Positions 35,947-44,693 of a DNA stretch of 64,000 bases are shown piece after piece. This DNA comes from Mogibacterium sp. (lineage in GTDB: Bacteria > Bacillota > Clostridia > Peptostreptococcales > Anaerovoracaceae): positions 21,213 to 85,212 of the forward strand of contig JAFWNE010000023.1 of the NCBI GenBank assembly GCA_017510505.1, read 5' to 3'. The position numbers were made by a program, and so were the translations under genes. Numbering within the stretch: the stretch's first letter is position 1; each line of letters starts with the position of its first letter. The notes beneath the pieces were generated by a model. The model had not been told where the DNA came from, searched no databases, and worked only from the letters and a program-made list of their open reading frames with translations.

Positions 35947-37152
35947 TTAATCGTGGATCTCTATCGGGAATTTCCCTGTCTTCGGCTTGAAACAGCCTAT
36001 GACGGCAGTCTCACAGCCCTTTTCTCCAAGCTGCTCCGTGAGTCTCGGAAGTTCACTCTCGTTCACGGCAATCAGCAGACCGCCGGACGACTGAGGATCA
36101 TACAGGCAGTCTATCCTTGCCCTCAGATCCGCATCCCTTTCAGGATCCTTTGAGAGGAATTCTATGACATCCTTACCCACGTAATCCTTGTTGCGGTAAG
36201 CTCCCGCAGGGATTATTCCCATGGCAGCCATATCCAGAGCCCTTGGGAATACCGGCACCTTGTGGCTGTAAAGCTCGAGCGTCACGTTCCCTGCCCTTGC
36301 CATTTCCGCAGCATGTCCTAAAAGACCAAAACCCGTGATATCGGTACATCCGTCGACTTTGACACCCCTCATGGCCTCCCATGCGTATTTGTTCAGGAAT
36401 GCCATGGTCGCCTCTATCTCGGCGTTCTCCTCATCCGTCAGAAGATCAGCTTTGGAAGCCGTAGTGAGTATGCCCGTTCCGATCTTCTTTGTGATGACCA
36501 GCAGATTGCCTGCATTGGCGCTGTTGCTGAGTATATCGTCCGGATGAGCAAAGCCCGTGACGGACAGTCCGTACTTAGGCTCCTTGTCATCTATGCTGTG
36601 TCCGCCTACTATAGTCGCTCCTGCCTCTGTTACCTTGTCATTGCCCCCCTCAAGAATGCCCTTGACTGCTTCAAGCGGGAGCTTTCCGTTAGGGAAAGTC
36701 AGGAGATTCATGGCGAGCTTAGGCTGCCCTCCCATCGCGTAGACATCGCTCAGGGCGTTAGCGGCGGCAATCTGTCCGAACATGTACGGATCGTCCACTA
36801 TAGGCGGGAAGAAATCCACTGTATTTATGACCGCTATGTCGTCGGTCAGTTTATAGACACATGCGTCATCGCTGCTCTCAAAACCGACGAGTATGCGCGG
36901 GTCGCTTATCTTAGGCAGACCCGCCAAAAGGTTCGATAGGACTCCCGGCCCTATTTTGGCGCCTCATCCGCCGGCACTCGTCATCTGCGTAAGCAGCACC
37001 TTTCCGGTAGAATCGATGAAATCCGCCTGCCCTCCGGAGGCATGCGAAGAACCACCTGAAGAACTGCCGTCACCGTACGTGGCCGGCTCTATCTTGCAGG
37101 CGAGCTTTTCTTTTGCCTCTTTCAGTGTTTTTTCATCTATCTCTTTTCCCAT
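35947..37152 (-). CDS. selD: Selenide, water dikinase (selenophosphate synthetase) with an in-frame UGA (Sec) codon at 36966-36964
   Basis: ORFs 36964..37152 and 35947..36927 are in the same frame. Read through, they give ...[51 protein letters not shown]..., which matches the SelD N-terminal (Cys/Sec)-Gly-x-Lys loop and the body of the protein. The true start is uncertain because the ATG at 37152 has a poorly spaced ribosome-binding site. Confidence 0.85.
36922..36961 (-). promoter_or_regulatory. SECIS-like mRNA hairpin immediately 3' of the selD UGA
   Basis: The mRNA reads UGA GG CGCCAAAA UAGG GCCGGGAGU CCUA UCGAACC UUUUGGCG. It has an 8-bp lower stem, a 4-bp upper stem and a 9-nt G-rich apical loop about 18-26 nt after the UGA. 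Confidence 0.6.
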
Positions 37153-37282
37153 AGATGTATATATGATAACACCTTTTCACTTTTTTTAATACAAGATATT
37201 GTGTTTTTCTCTATTGTCTTCTCAATATATGTTTATATATAATTACCGCAATAAAAATCCCGCTAACGAAAGAGAGACAATC

Positions 37283-38617
37283 ATGGCTAAGCAAAGACAA
37301 ATCATCCAGATCCAGGAGAAAGTGCCTTTGAGTAAAGGTATACCTCTCTCCATCCAGCACACATTCGCGATGTTCAGCGCATCAGTGCTGGTACCTTACA
37401 TCTTCGGGATAAGCCCTTCCATAGCCCTTCTAATGAACGGTATAGGAACGCTTATCTTTATTTTTGTCACCAAGGGCAAAGCTCCGGCCTACCTCGGTTC
37501 TTCATTCGCTTTCATCTCGCCTGCGCTCATTGTAATGTCAAATCCTGACCTGGGCTTCAGATATGCGCTCGGCGGCTTCGTCGTCACGGGACTTCTGATG
37601 TGCCTTGTGGCGCTGATCATCAAGTTTGTCGGCACCGCCTGGATAGACGCGATCCTGCCTCCTGCGGCCATGGGCCCGGTGGTAGCGCTCATTGGACTTG
37701 AACTCGCAGGCAGCGCAGCGCAGACAGCAGGCATCCTGGGTGATGATGGAAGCATGGTCGCGGACCTCGATCCTAAGGTCCTGATCGTATTCCTCGTAAC
37801 ACTGCTGCTGGCAATATTCGGCGGAGTCCTTTACAGAGGATTCGCAAGCGCCATAGCGATCCTGATCGCAATCATCGCCGGTTATGTCCTGGCTCTCATA
37901 TTCGGGCTCGTGGACTTCTCAGCAGTCGGAACCGCGGGATTGTTCGAACTTCCTGCGTTCCAGACACCGCAGTGGAGCGGACAGGCAATAGCCATCATAA
38001 TCCCTGCGACGCTGGTAGTCGTATCAGAGCACATCGGACACCAGGTAGTCACTTCCGAGGTCGTAGGCAAAGACCTCCTGAAGGACCCTGGTCTCCACAG
38101 ATCGATGTTCGCTGACGGATTCTCGACAGCGCTCTCCGGATTCTGTGGCTCCTGCCCTACAACTACTTATGGCGAGAACATCGGTGTCATGGCTATCACA
38201 AAGGTCTACAGCGTATACGTCATCGGCGGAGCGGCATGCTTCTCCATCCTGCTATCATTCATCGGCAAGGCATCGGCTCTCATCCAGACCATCCCGGGAC
38301 CTGTAATGGGCGGCGTGAGCTTCCTGCTCTACGGAATGATCGGTGCTTCCGGTATCAGACTGATGGTCGATTCAAAGATAGACTACTCCAAGGCACGCAA
38401 CCTTGCGCTTACCTCGGTAGTATTCGTTGTCGGACTCTCCGGCATCGCCATCAACCTCGGACAGGTCCAGCTCAAGGGAATGAGCCTGGCAGCGGTAGTC
38501 GGAATGCTTCTCGGACTCGTTATGTACCTGCTCGACAAGTTCAAGCTCACGAACGAGTACGAAGAAGAAGTCGATGAAGATCAGGAAAAACTCAAGACCT
38601 TCGCTTCGACAAGATAA
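37283..38617 (+). CDS. Uracil/xanthine permease (NCS2 family)
   Basis: It has about 12 predicted TM segments and contains LSIQHTFAMFSASVLVP and YGENIGVMAITKVYS. The start is taken at MAKQRQ (37283). Confidence 0.85.
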   Translation: MAKQRQIIQIQEKVPLSKGIPLSIQHTFAMFSASVLVPYIFGISPSIALLMNGIGTLIFIFVTKGKAPAYLGSSFAFISPALIVMSNPDLGFRYALGGFVVTGLLMCLVALIIKFVGTAWIDAILPPAAMGPVVALIGLELAGSAAQTAGILGDDGSMVADLDPKVLIVFLVTLLLAIFGGVLYRGFASAIAILIAIIAGYVLALIFGLVDFSAVGTAGLFELPAFQTPQWSGQAIAIIIPATLVVVSEHIGHQVVTSEVVGKDLLKDPGLHRSMFADGFSTALSGFCGSCPTTTYGENIGVMAITKVYSVYVIGGAACFSILLSFIGKASALIQTIPGPVMGGVSFLLYGMIGASGIRLMVDSKIDYSKARNLALTSVVFVVGLSGIAINLGQVQLKGMSLAAVVGMLLGLVMYLLDKFKLTNEYEEEVDEDQEKLKTFASTR

Positions 38618-38729
38618 AAACAGAAAATAATAAGTGAGCCGTTTTCACAAACGGCTCATTTTTTTTGCCGGTTTCTGTGATACAATCCTCTTGTACTTAG
38701 ATATAACAAACTATTGCGGAGGAATGAAG

Positions 38730-39875
38730 ATGAAAAAAGAAAGGATCCTCGTCATGAACCTCGGCTCCACTTCGAGCAAGATCGCGGTTTACGACGATGA
38801 CAAGGAAGTGTTCAACGACACCATACGCCACTCGACAGAAGAGCTCGCTCCTTTCGGAGACGTTGTAGAGCAGTTCGAATTCAGAAGAGACAAGATATTC
38901 GAATCCATGGAAAAAAACGGTGTTCCGGTCGACTCACTCACAGCCGCGGTATCAAGAGGCGGCAACATCATAGCCTGCCCTCACGGCGCCATTGCCATCG
39001 ATCAGGCAATGATAGACTACCTGACCAGGCCTGAGGATATGGCCAAGCACCCTTCGCTCATCGGAAGCATGATTGCCTTCGACCTCAATAAGGAGAAAGG
39101 CATCCCTGTATGCATATATGACGCGATAGGCACGGATGAGAAGATCCCTGTATGCAGAGTCAGCGGAGTGCCTGAACTCCCTCACTTCACCGTCGGCCAC
39201 ACGCTCAATACACGCGCCATGGCCATCAAGTGCGCAGAGGAAAAGCTCGGTAAGAGATTCGATGAGTGCACGTTCATCGTAGCGCATCTGGGTGGCGGCA
39301 GCTCTATCAGGCTGTACAAGGACGGAGTCAATATCGACAGCGCCAATGATGACGAAGGCAACTTCACGCCGGAGCGCGGAGGCGGAGTCGGCGCAAAGGG
39401 CCTCGTAGACCTCTGCTTCAGCGGCAAGTATTCGTATAAGGAAGCCATGAAGCTCTTCCACGGCAAGGGCGGACTCATCGCTCACCTCGGTACTGCAGAC
39501 GCGCGTGACGTAGAAAAGATGATCGATGACGGCGACGGCTACGCGGCCATAGTTTACGAAGCCATGTGCCTCAATGTCGCAAAGGATATCGCCAAACTAG
39601 CTGCTACTGTCTCCGGCAAGGTCGACAGGATAATCCTCACCGGCGGCATCTCCTATTCGAAGTATGTTGCCGATTATATCACTGAGCATGTCAGTTTCAT
39701 CTGCCCTGTCGAGGTCATGGCCGGCGAGTACGAGATGGAAGCTCTCGCAGCCGGCTGCCTCAGAGTTCTGCGCGGCGAAGAAAAGCTGCAGGACTTCGGT
39801 GAGATCGCAGCGACCGCAAAGGACCGCATCCGCATCTACCCGGGCGTTGAACCGTACACCGCTCCAAAGCGTTAA
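38730..39875 (+). CDS. buk: Butyrate kinase family (acetate/propionate kinase superfamily)
   Basis: It contains ILVMNLGSTSSKIAVYDD, HLGGGSS and GGISYS. The start is at 38730, 6 nt after a GGAGGA site. No phosphotransbutyrylase gene is adjacent. Confidence 0.8.
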   Translation: MKKERILVMNLGSTSSKIAVYDDDKEVFNDTIRHSTEELAPFGDVVEQFEFRRDKIFESMEKNGVPVDSLTAAVSRGGNIIACPHGAIAIDQAMIDYLTRPEDMAKHPSLIGSMIAFDLNKEKGIPVCIYDAIGTDEKIPVCRVSGVPELPHFTVGHTLNTRAMAIKCAEEKLGKRFDECTFIVAHLGGGSSIRLYKDGVNIDSANDDEGNFTPERGGGVGAKGLVDLCFSGKYSYKEAMKLFHGKGGLIAHLGTADARDVEKMIDDGDGYAAIVYEAMCLNVAKDIAKLAATVSGKVDRIILTGGISYSKYVADYITEHVSFICPVEVMAGEYEMEALAAGCLRVLRGEEKLQDFGEIAATAKDRIRIYPGVEPYTAPKR

Positions 39876-39879
39876 ATTC

Positions 39880-39899
39880 ATGTAAAGTCTTCTTTACAT
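39880..39899. repeat. Palindromic motif, copy d: ATGTAAAG-TCTT-CTTTACAT
   Basis: It starts 5 nt after the buk stop codon. Confidence 0.9.
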
Positions 39900-39912
39900 A
39901 ACCGGGCAATAT

Positions 39913-39943
39913 AAAACACGCTTCTTCAGGAAGCGTGTTTTTG
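39913..39943. terminator. Bidirectional intrinsic terminator between buk and the aminotransferase gene
   Basis: aaaacacgcttc-ttcag-gaagcgtgttttt. Confidence 0.8.
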
Positions 39944-39953
39944 TTGGCAATAT

Positions 39954-39973
39954 ATGTAAAGTTATCTTTACGT
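39954..39973. repeat. Palindromic motif, copy e: ATGTAAAG-TTAT-CTTTACGT
   Basis: It has one mismatch in the right arm, and its last base is the first base of the reverse-strand stop codon (tta at 39973-39975). Confidence 0.85.
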
Positions 39974-41169
39974 TATATCAGATTGAATCTTTTTCCGAGA
40001 TTCATCCAGGATTCCTTTGAGTTCTGTATGGTCTCGTTCTTTCCACAGAAAGAAGCTCTTACCCAGCCCGGTCCGTTGAACGCGCTTCCCGGTGTGATCA
40101 GTATCCTCTCCTTCTTGGCTGCCGATACGAAATCATATTCGTTCTCTACCGGCGACTTGATCCACATGTAGAACGCGCCCTGAGGATAAAGCGCTTCAAG
40201 CCCTGCGCCGGTCACTATCTCATAAAGATCCTTTGCGTTTTTCTTGTAGTAATCAAGATCAGATCTCGCTTTAAGGCATCTTTCAACTATCAGTTCCTGT
40301 ATGGTCGGAGCATTCGTGCCTCCGAGCACCCTGCCTGCGACGACTAGAGCTTCACTTAGTTCAGCATGACCTTCAGCGCATTTCGGAACAGCCACATAGC
40401 CTATACGGTCGCCCGGCATCGAAAGTGATTTCGACCAGGAATATGCGATCAGCGAGTCAGCGTAGTAATCTCCCGGGAACGGAACATCACTGCCGTCATA
40501 TACCAGCTCTCTGTACGGTTCATCACAGATCAGATAAATGGTATGTCCGAACCTTTCCTCTGCCTCTCTCAGCACGTCCGCTACAGCGTCCAGGGCCTTT
40601 CTTGAATAGATCTTGCCCGTCGGGTTGTTAGGATTGTTGAGCATGACGCCCTTGACCTCCGGAACGAGGAGCTTTCTGAGAGCTTCTGCGTCAGGGTCGA
40701 AGCTCAGTTCATCATTTGCCGGGACCACGATGGTCTCTGCGCCCCAGTTACGAGCCCAGTTGGCATATTCGACAAAGTATGGCGCAAACACTACCAGCTT
40801 GTCGCCCGGATCGAAGATGCACTTGTTGATCATGTTTATGGAATATGCCGCTCCGCACGACATGATTATGTGATCCACATCGAAATAGTCGCCGCCTGCC
40901 CTCTCGTTTAGGTCATCAGCTATCGCCTTTCTTGTGGATTCGTAGCCGGCGTTAGACGGATACCCGTGAACATAGAGCGGATCGAGTTCGTGATTGATCT
41001 CATCTATTGCGTCAAAAACTTCCTGTGGCGGCTTAAGTCCCGGGTTTCCTATGCTGAAATCATAAACGTTTTCAGCACCATAGACCTTAGCCATTCTCTT
41101 GCCTTCCTCGAACATAGCTCTTATCTGTGAGCTACCCGCGAGGAAAGGCTCCATTGCTTTGGAAATCAT
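39973..41169 (-). CDS. Class I/II PLP-dependent aminotransferase (AspC/AlaT-like), paralog 1
   Basis: It contains SIGNPG, NNPNNPTGK and YSWSKSLSMPGDRIGY. The start is at 41169 (aggagggatttcaATG). It is paralogous to 61273..62466. Confidence 0.85.
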   Translation of the reverse strand: MISKAMEPFLAGSSQIRAMFEEGKRMAKVYGAENVYDFSIGNPGLKPPQEVFDAIDEINHELDPLYVHGYPSNAGYESTRKAIADDLNERAGGDYFDVDHIIMSCGAAYSINMINKCIFDPGDKLVVFAPYFVEYANWARNWGAETIVVPANDELSFDPDAEALRKLLVPEVKGVMLNNPNNPTGKIYSRKALDAVADVLREAEERFGHTIYLICDEPYRELVYDGSDVPFPGDYYADSLIAYSWSKSLSMPGDRIGYVAVPKCAEGHAELSEALVVAGRVLGGTNAPTIQELIVERCLKARSDLDYYKKNAKDLYEIVTGAGLEALYPQGAFYMWIKSPVENEYDFVSAAKKERILITPGSAFNGPGWVRASFCGKNETIQNSKESWMNLGKRFNLI

Positions 41170-41371
41170 TGAAATCCCTCCTGAGCAAATGCATATAAAA
41201 CACTTATTTATCAAGGCCGCGCGGGCCCTTTCTTCTTATCATAATTGTACCACATATGACCTTGCAAATAATCCCTTTTTGGTCGATAATAAGTACAGTA
41301 AACAAGCGCTGCCGCAGCATGTGCGGCGGACGTTTCCTGATGCTGTTTATTCAAAATTTGGAGGAATACAA

Positions 41372-42682
41372 ATGGCAAAATATGATTGGAGCAAGTTCGG
41401 TCTGCATGTACCTCAGATCATGCTGCCGAAAGAAGGAACGGACTATTTCAAATGGGCTGTCGTAGCATGCGACCAGTTCACATCCGAGCCTGAGTACTGG
41501 GACAAAGTCGAGGAGATCGTAGGTGACGCGCCGTCGACACTCAGACTGATGCTTCCTGAGCTTTACCTCGACAAGCCGGGTGAAGCTGAGAGGATCAAAG
41601 ATATCCGCGCAGCCATGGACAAGTATCTTGCAGACGGCACTCTCAGAAAGATGGATCCCGGCTGCATGCTCGTAAAGAGGACTGCTGAAGGCCGTACACG
41701 TCTCGGCCTGGTCATCGCTACAGACCTCGAGGCATATGACTTCAACAAGGGCTCGACTTCTCTCACAAGAGCGACTGAGGGCACAGTAGTAGAACGTATA
41801 CCGCCTCGCCTGAGGATCAGAGGAGACGCTCCTATCGAGATGCCTCACATCCTCATCCTTATCGACGACCCTGACAAGACAGTCATCGAGCCGCTCGTTG
41901 ACCAGCCTAGGGAAGTCATCTATGACACAGACCTCATGATGGATGGCGGACACATCACAGGTTCTTTCATCGAAGAGAAGAACCTTGAGGGCGCTAAGGA
42001 AGCTCTTTCCGCTCTCTATGACAAGGCTGAAGAGAAATACGGCGCAGGACATGTCATCTTCCAGGCCATGGGAGACGGAAACCACTCGCTGGCTACAGCC
42101 AAGACCGCATGGGAGAACATCAAGAAGACTCTCTCGCCTGAAGAGATCGAGGGACACCCTGCAAGATACGCTCTTTGCGAGATCGAGAACATCCATGATG
42201 ACGGCATCGTATTCGAGCCTATCCACAGAGTTATCTTCGCTAAGGAAGGCCAGTCCGGAATGGATCTTGTAGACAAGCTTCTTGGCCACCTCAATAAGCT
42301 GAACGGCAAGGCATATCTGGCTGACGCTGATGCCGCCGTACCTGAAGGCGCATTCGAGATCCCTTACATCACCGGTGAAAAGAGAGGCAAGATCATTATC
42401 GAGAAGCCTGAGAGCAAGCTGGAAGTCGGCGCGCTTCAGGCAGCCCTTGACATCATGGTCAAGGAAGAGAAAGTCTGCGATATCGACTACATCCACGGCG
42501 CTGCTGTCGTTGAGAGACTGTCCGCAAAGGACGGCAATGCAGGATTCCTGCTGCCGCCAATGGACAAGTTCATGCTCTTCCCTGCTGTTGCCGCTGACGG
42601 AGCTCTTCCTCGCAAGACATTCTCGATGGGTGAAGCGAACGAGAAGAGATACTATATCGAATCCCGTTACATCGCCAAGTAA
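41372..42682 (+). CDS. DUF1015-family protein
   Basis: It begins MAKYDWSKFGLHVPQIMLP...WAVVACDQFTSEPEYW and contains HIIFQAMGDGNHS-type motifs. The start is at 41372, following a GGAGGA site. Confidence 0.6.
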   Translation: MAKYDWSKFGLHVPQIMLPKEGTDYFKWAVVACDQFTSEPEYWDKVEEIVGDAPSTLRLMLPELYLDKPGEAERIKDIRAAMDKYLADGTLRKMDPGCMLVKRTAEGRTRLGLVIATDLEAYDFNKGSTSLTRATEGTVVERIPPRLRIRGDAPIEMPHILILIDDPDKTVIEPLVDQPREVIYDTDLMMDGGHITGSFIEEKNLEGAKEALSALYDKAEEKYGAGHVIFQAMGDGNHSLATAKTAWENIKKTLSPEEIEGHPARYALCEIENIHDDGIVFEPIHRVIFAKEGQSGMDLVDKLLGHLNKLNGKAYLADADAAVPEGAFEIPYITGEKRGKIIIEKPESKLEVGALQAALDIMVKEEKVCDIDYIHGAAVVERLSAKDGNAGFLLPPMDKFMLFPAVAADGALPRKTFSMGEANEKRYYIESRYIAK

Positions 42683-42707
42683 ATCGGCTTAAAATCGTTT
42701 GTAACAG

Positions 42708-42745
42708 AAAAACTGACGCAGACTGATATCTGCGTCAGTTTTGTT
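42708..42745. terminator. Bidirectional intrinsic terminator
   Basis: aaaaactgacgcaga-ctgata-tctgcgtcagttttgtt. Confidence 0.8.
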
Positions 42746-42763
42746 ATTTACTCGCTTTATAAG

Positions 42764-43708
42764 TCAATATACGTTGAACGGCTTGTTGACCAGTGTGAGG
42801 GTCTGTACAGAATCCGTGGCTATCACCTGATAAGTATATGAACCTCTTTTGAGCTTCTTGAACTTTATCTTACTATCCAGCTTTTTTACACTGTAAGATT
42901 TTGCGTTAGGCTTTTTAGATGCCTTCAGCACCGCTGTACCCGCGCTGTCGAGCACCTGTACGGTCACCTTCTTGATCTTTTTGTTGGACTTGACCGTTCC
43001 CTTTATAGTGAACGCCTTGCCCTTCTTTACCCTGGAAGGAGCTTTGACCGATTTGATCTTGAGCGTACTTGTAGGGACTGCCGCCGCAGAAGAAGTGCTG
43101 CTTGGTTTTGTCCTGGTAGAAGCATTGATCTCGCTTATGTACCAGTATTTTGTCACTCTGCTCACATTGAGCATGGTAGTGTCTTCCCATTTCTGGATGC
43201 CTTTGTTGTTGAGACCGGTGTTGCGTGACGAGTCCGCGGCGTAAAGCACTCCGTTCTTTACGCTTACTACCAGCACTCCGTGTGTTCCTGAAACCGCAGC
43301 GTTATCTCCATGCACAACAATGCCTTCCGGATGCACCCTGAGAAGATCCTCTATCTCCTTTACCCTTGCCGCGTCTCCATTCCCATTGAAGTATCCGCAA
43401 TCGACCTTGTAGACAAGGCCTTCGACATCTACCTTGAATGAATTGAGCAGCAATCCGAAGATCGTGGCGATGCTGCGCAGCGACTCGTTGCTTATCTTTG
43501 TCCAGTCGCCCCTGCCTTTAATGATGCATGCCCTTCTGATCATGATCTTTGATGCCGTGAGTATGCAGTCTCCGCTCTTGTAATCCGAGGCAGGCGTATA
43601 GTATACCGCCTTGTCATCAAGCGATGACTGCGCGGCAAAAGCAGGCGCCGGCATGACCGTTACCAGAAGCGCCAGGGCTATCAATAATGTCGTAAACCTT
43701 TTTTTCAT
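42764..43708 (-). CDS. Secreted Cys/His peptidase-like protein with a lysine-rich Ig-like C-terminal domain (paralog P1)
   Basis: 314 aa. It has a signal peptide (MKKRFTTLLIALALLVTVMPAPAFA) and conserved SGDCILTA (candidate nucleophile Cys) and GTHGVLVV (candidate His). The C-terminal approximately 100 aa is beta-rich. Confidence 0.55.
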   Translation of the reverse strand: MKKRFTTLLIALALLVTVMPAPAFAAQSSLDDKAVYYTPASDYKSGDCILTASKIMIRRACIIKGRGDWTKISNESLRSIATIFGLLLNSFKVDVEGLVYKVDCGYFNGNGDAARVKEIEDLLRVHPEGIVVHGDNAAVSGTHGVLVVSVKNGVLYAADSSRNTGLNNKGIQKWEDTTMLNVSRVTKYWYISEINASTRTKPSSTSSAAAVPTSTLKIKSVKAPSRVKKGKAFTIKGTVKSNKKIKKVTVQVLDSAGTAVLKASKKPNAKSYSVKKLDSKIKFKKLKRGSYTYQVIATDSVQTLTLVNKPFNVY

Positions 43709-43774
43709 ACAGATTCCTCCGCATTATAAAGGATAAACTCTTGCCCTTTTCCGGTAAACCAATCTAAACACTTG

Positions 43775-44431
43775 TTATGCCCGCCTTAATATATTGAAAT
43801 ACAATTCCTTTATCGGCTTTATCTTTGTTTCAGGTTCAGTGCGTACTATTTCGTCTATGTACCAGTACTGTGTGACCATCCACGGATCCAGCATCGTGGT
43901 ATCCTGCCACTTCTGTATGCCTTTGTTGAAGTCTCCCTTATTGTACGTAGCGTCGACCGCGTAAACCTGATAACCGTCGACTCCTACGACCAGAACTCCA
44001 TGAGTCCCTGTTTCTGCGGCGCCTTCTCCATGCACGACGATTCCTTCAGGATGCTCCTTAAGAAGCTTCCTGAACTCCTCTATCCTTTCGCCATCGGAAC
44101 TGCCGCTGAACTCCGCGTATCTGACTCTGTATGAGAGTCCTTCATCTACGAAGCGGAAATCACTTATAAGGCATCCGTCTTCATATGTGGCCGTTGGCCG
44201 GAGCAGCTCATTCGTGATATCGCCCCACTCCGACTGACCGTTCATGATGGCAGCTCTCTTTATCATCATCTTGGTCGCTGTCAGCACGCAGTCACCCGGT
44301 ATGTAATCGGATTCCTCAGTGTGATATGTCGCGTTACTCAGGAGTGGATCATCATCGGCAAACGCCTGACCCGGTACGCCCAGCACCAGCAATGCAAACA
44401 TCAGAAATGCAGTGATCATTCTCTTTTTCAT
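43775..44431 (-). CDS. Secreted Cys/His peptidase-like protein (paralog P2; no Ig-like tail)
   Basis: The start is at 44431 (aggaggttatcaccATG). It has a signal peptide (MKKRMITAFLMFALLVLGVPGQAFA). It shares PGDCVLTA, HPEGIVVHG, GTHGVLVV and NKGIQKW.DTTML...YWYI.EI with P1. Confidence 0.55.
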   Translation of the reverse strand: MKKRMITAFLMFALLVLGVPGQAFADDDPLLSNATYHTEESDYIPGDCVLTATKMMIKRAAIMNGQSEWGDITNELLRPTATYEDGCLISDFRFVDEGLSYRVRYAEFSGSSDGERIEEFRKLLKEHPEGIVVHGEGAAETGTHGVLVVGVDGYQVYAVDATYNKGDFNKGIQKWQDTTMLDPWMVTQYWYIDEIVRTEPETKIKPIKELYFNILRRA

Positions 44432-44625
44432 GGTGATAACCTCCTTTTTTGAGTAATAGTCCCCCACGATTACACAGAATAATCATGCTGTCCCTATACG
44501 TAAACGAATCTAAATGCTTGTTATGCTCTTTCTTAACAGAATGAAATATAAGCAAAAAAAGCCTTCAGGCCTGCTCTTATGTTTACCGCTCTCTCCGGGG
44601 CGGCCAATATGTGATCTGTACAACG

Positions 44626-44658
44626 AAAAAGATGCAGGCCGGTAAGCCTGCATCTTTT
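44626..44658 (-). terminator. Intrinsic terminator after putP
   Basis: aaaagatgcaggc-cggtaa-gcctgcatctttt, with T-runs in both orientations. Confidence 0.75.
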
Positions 44659-44693
44659 AATTCTGTTTATTTGTCTGTAACTGTCTTGAGTAA

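Noticed and set aside
36925-36927. The TTG at 36927 as the true selD start (as in the ORF track)
   Set aside because: That start would remove the essential (Cys/Sec)-G-x-K loop. The upstream ORF is in the same frame, encodes the conserved LTQ...GG-U-GAK context, and is followed by a SECIS-like hairpin.
43239-43263. GCGTAAAG-N9-CTTTACGC inverted repeat inside the P1 gene as a ninth motif copy
   Set aside because: The spacer is 9 nt rather than 4 and the outer arm bases differ. It encodes a conserved part of the protein (SVKNGVLYAA). An 8-bp inverted repeat with a loop of up to 10 nt is expected several times by chance in 64 kb.
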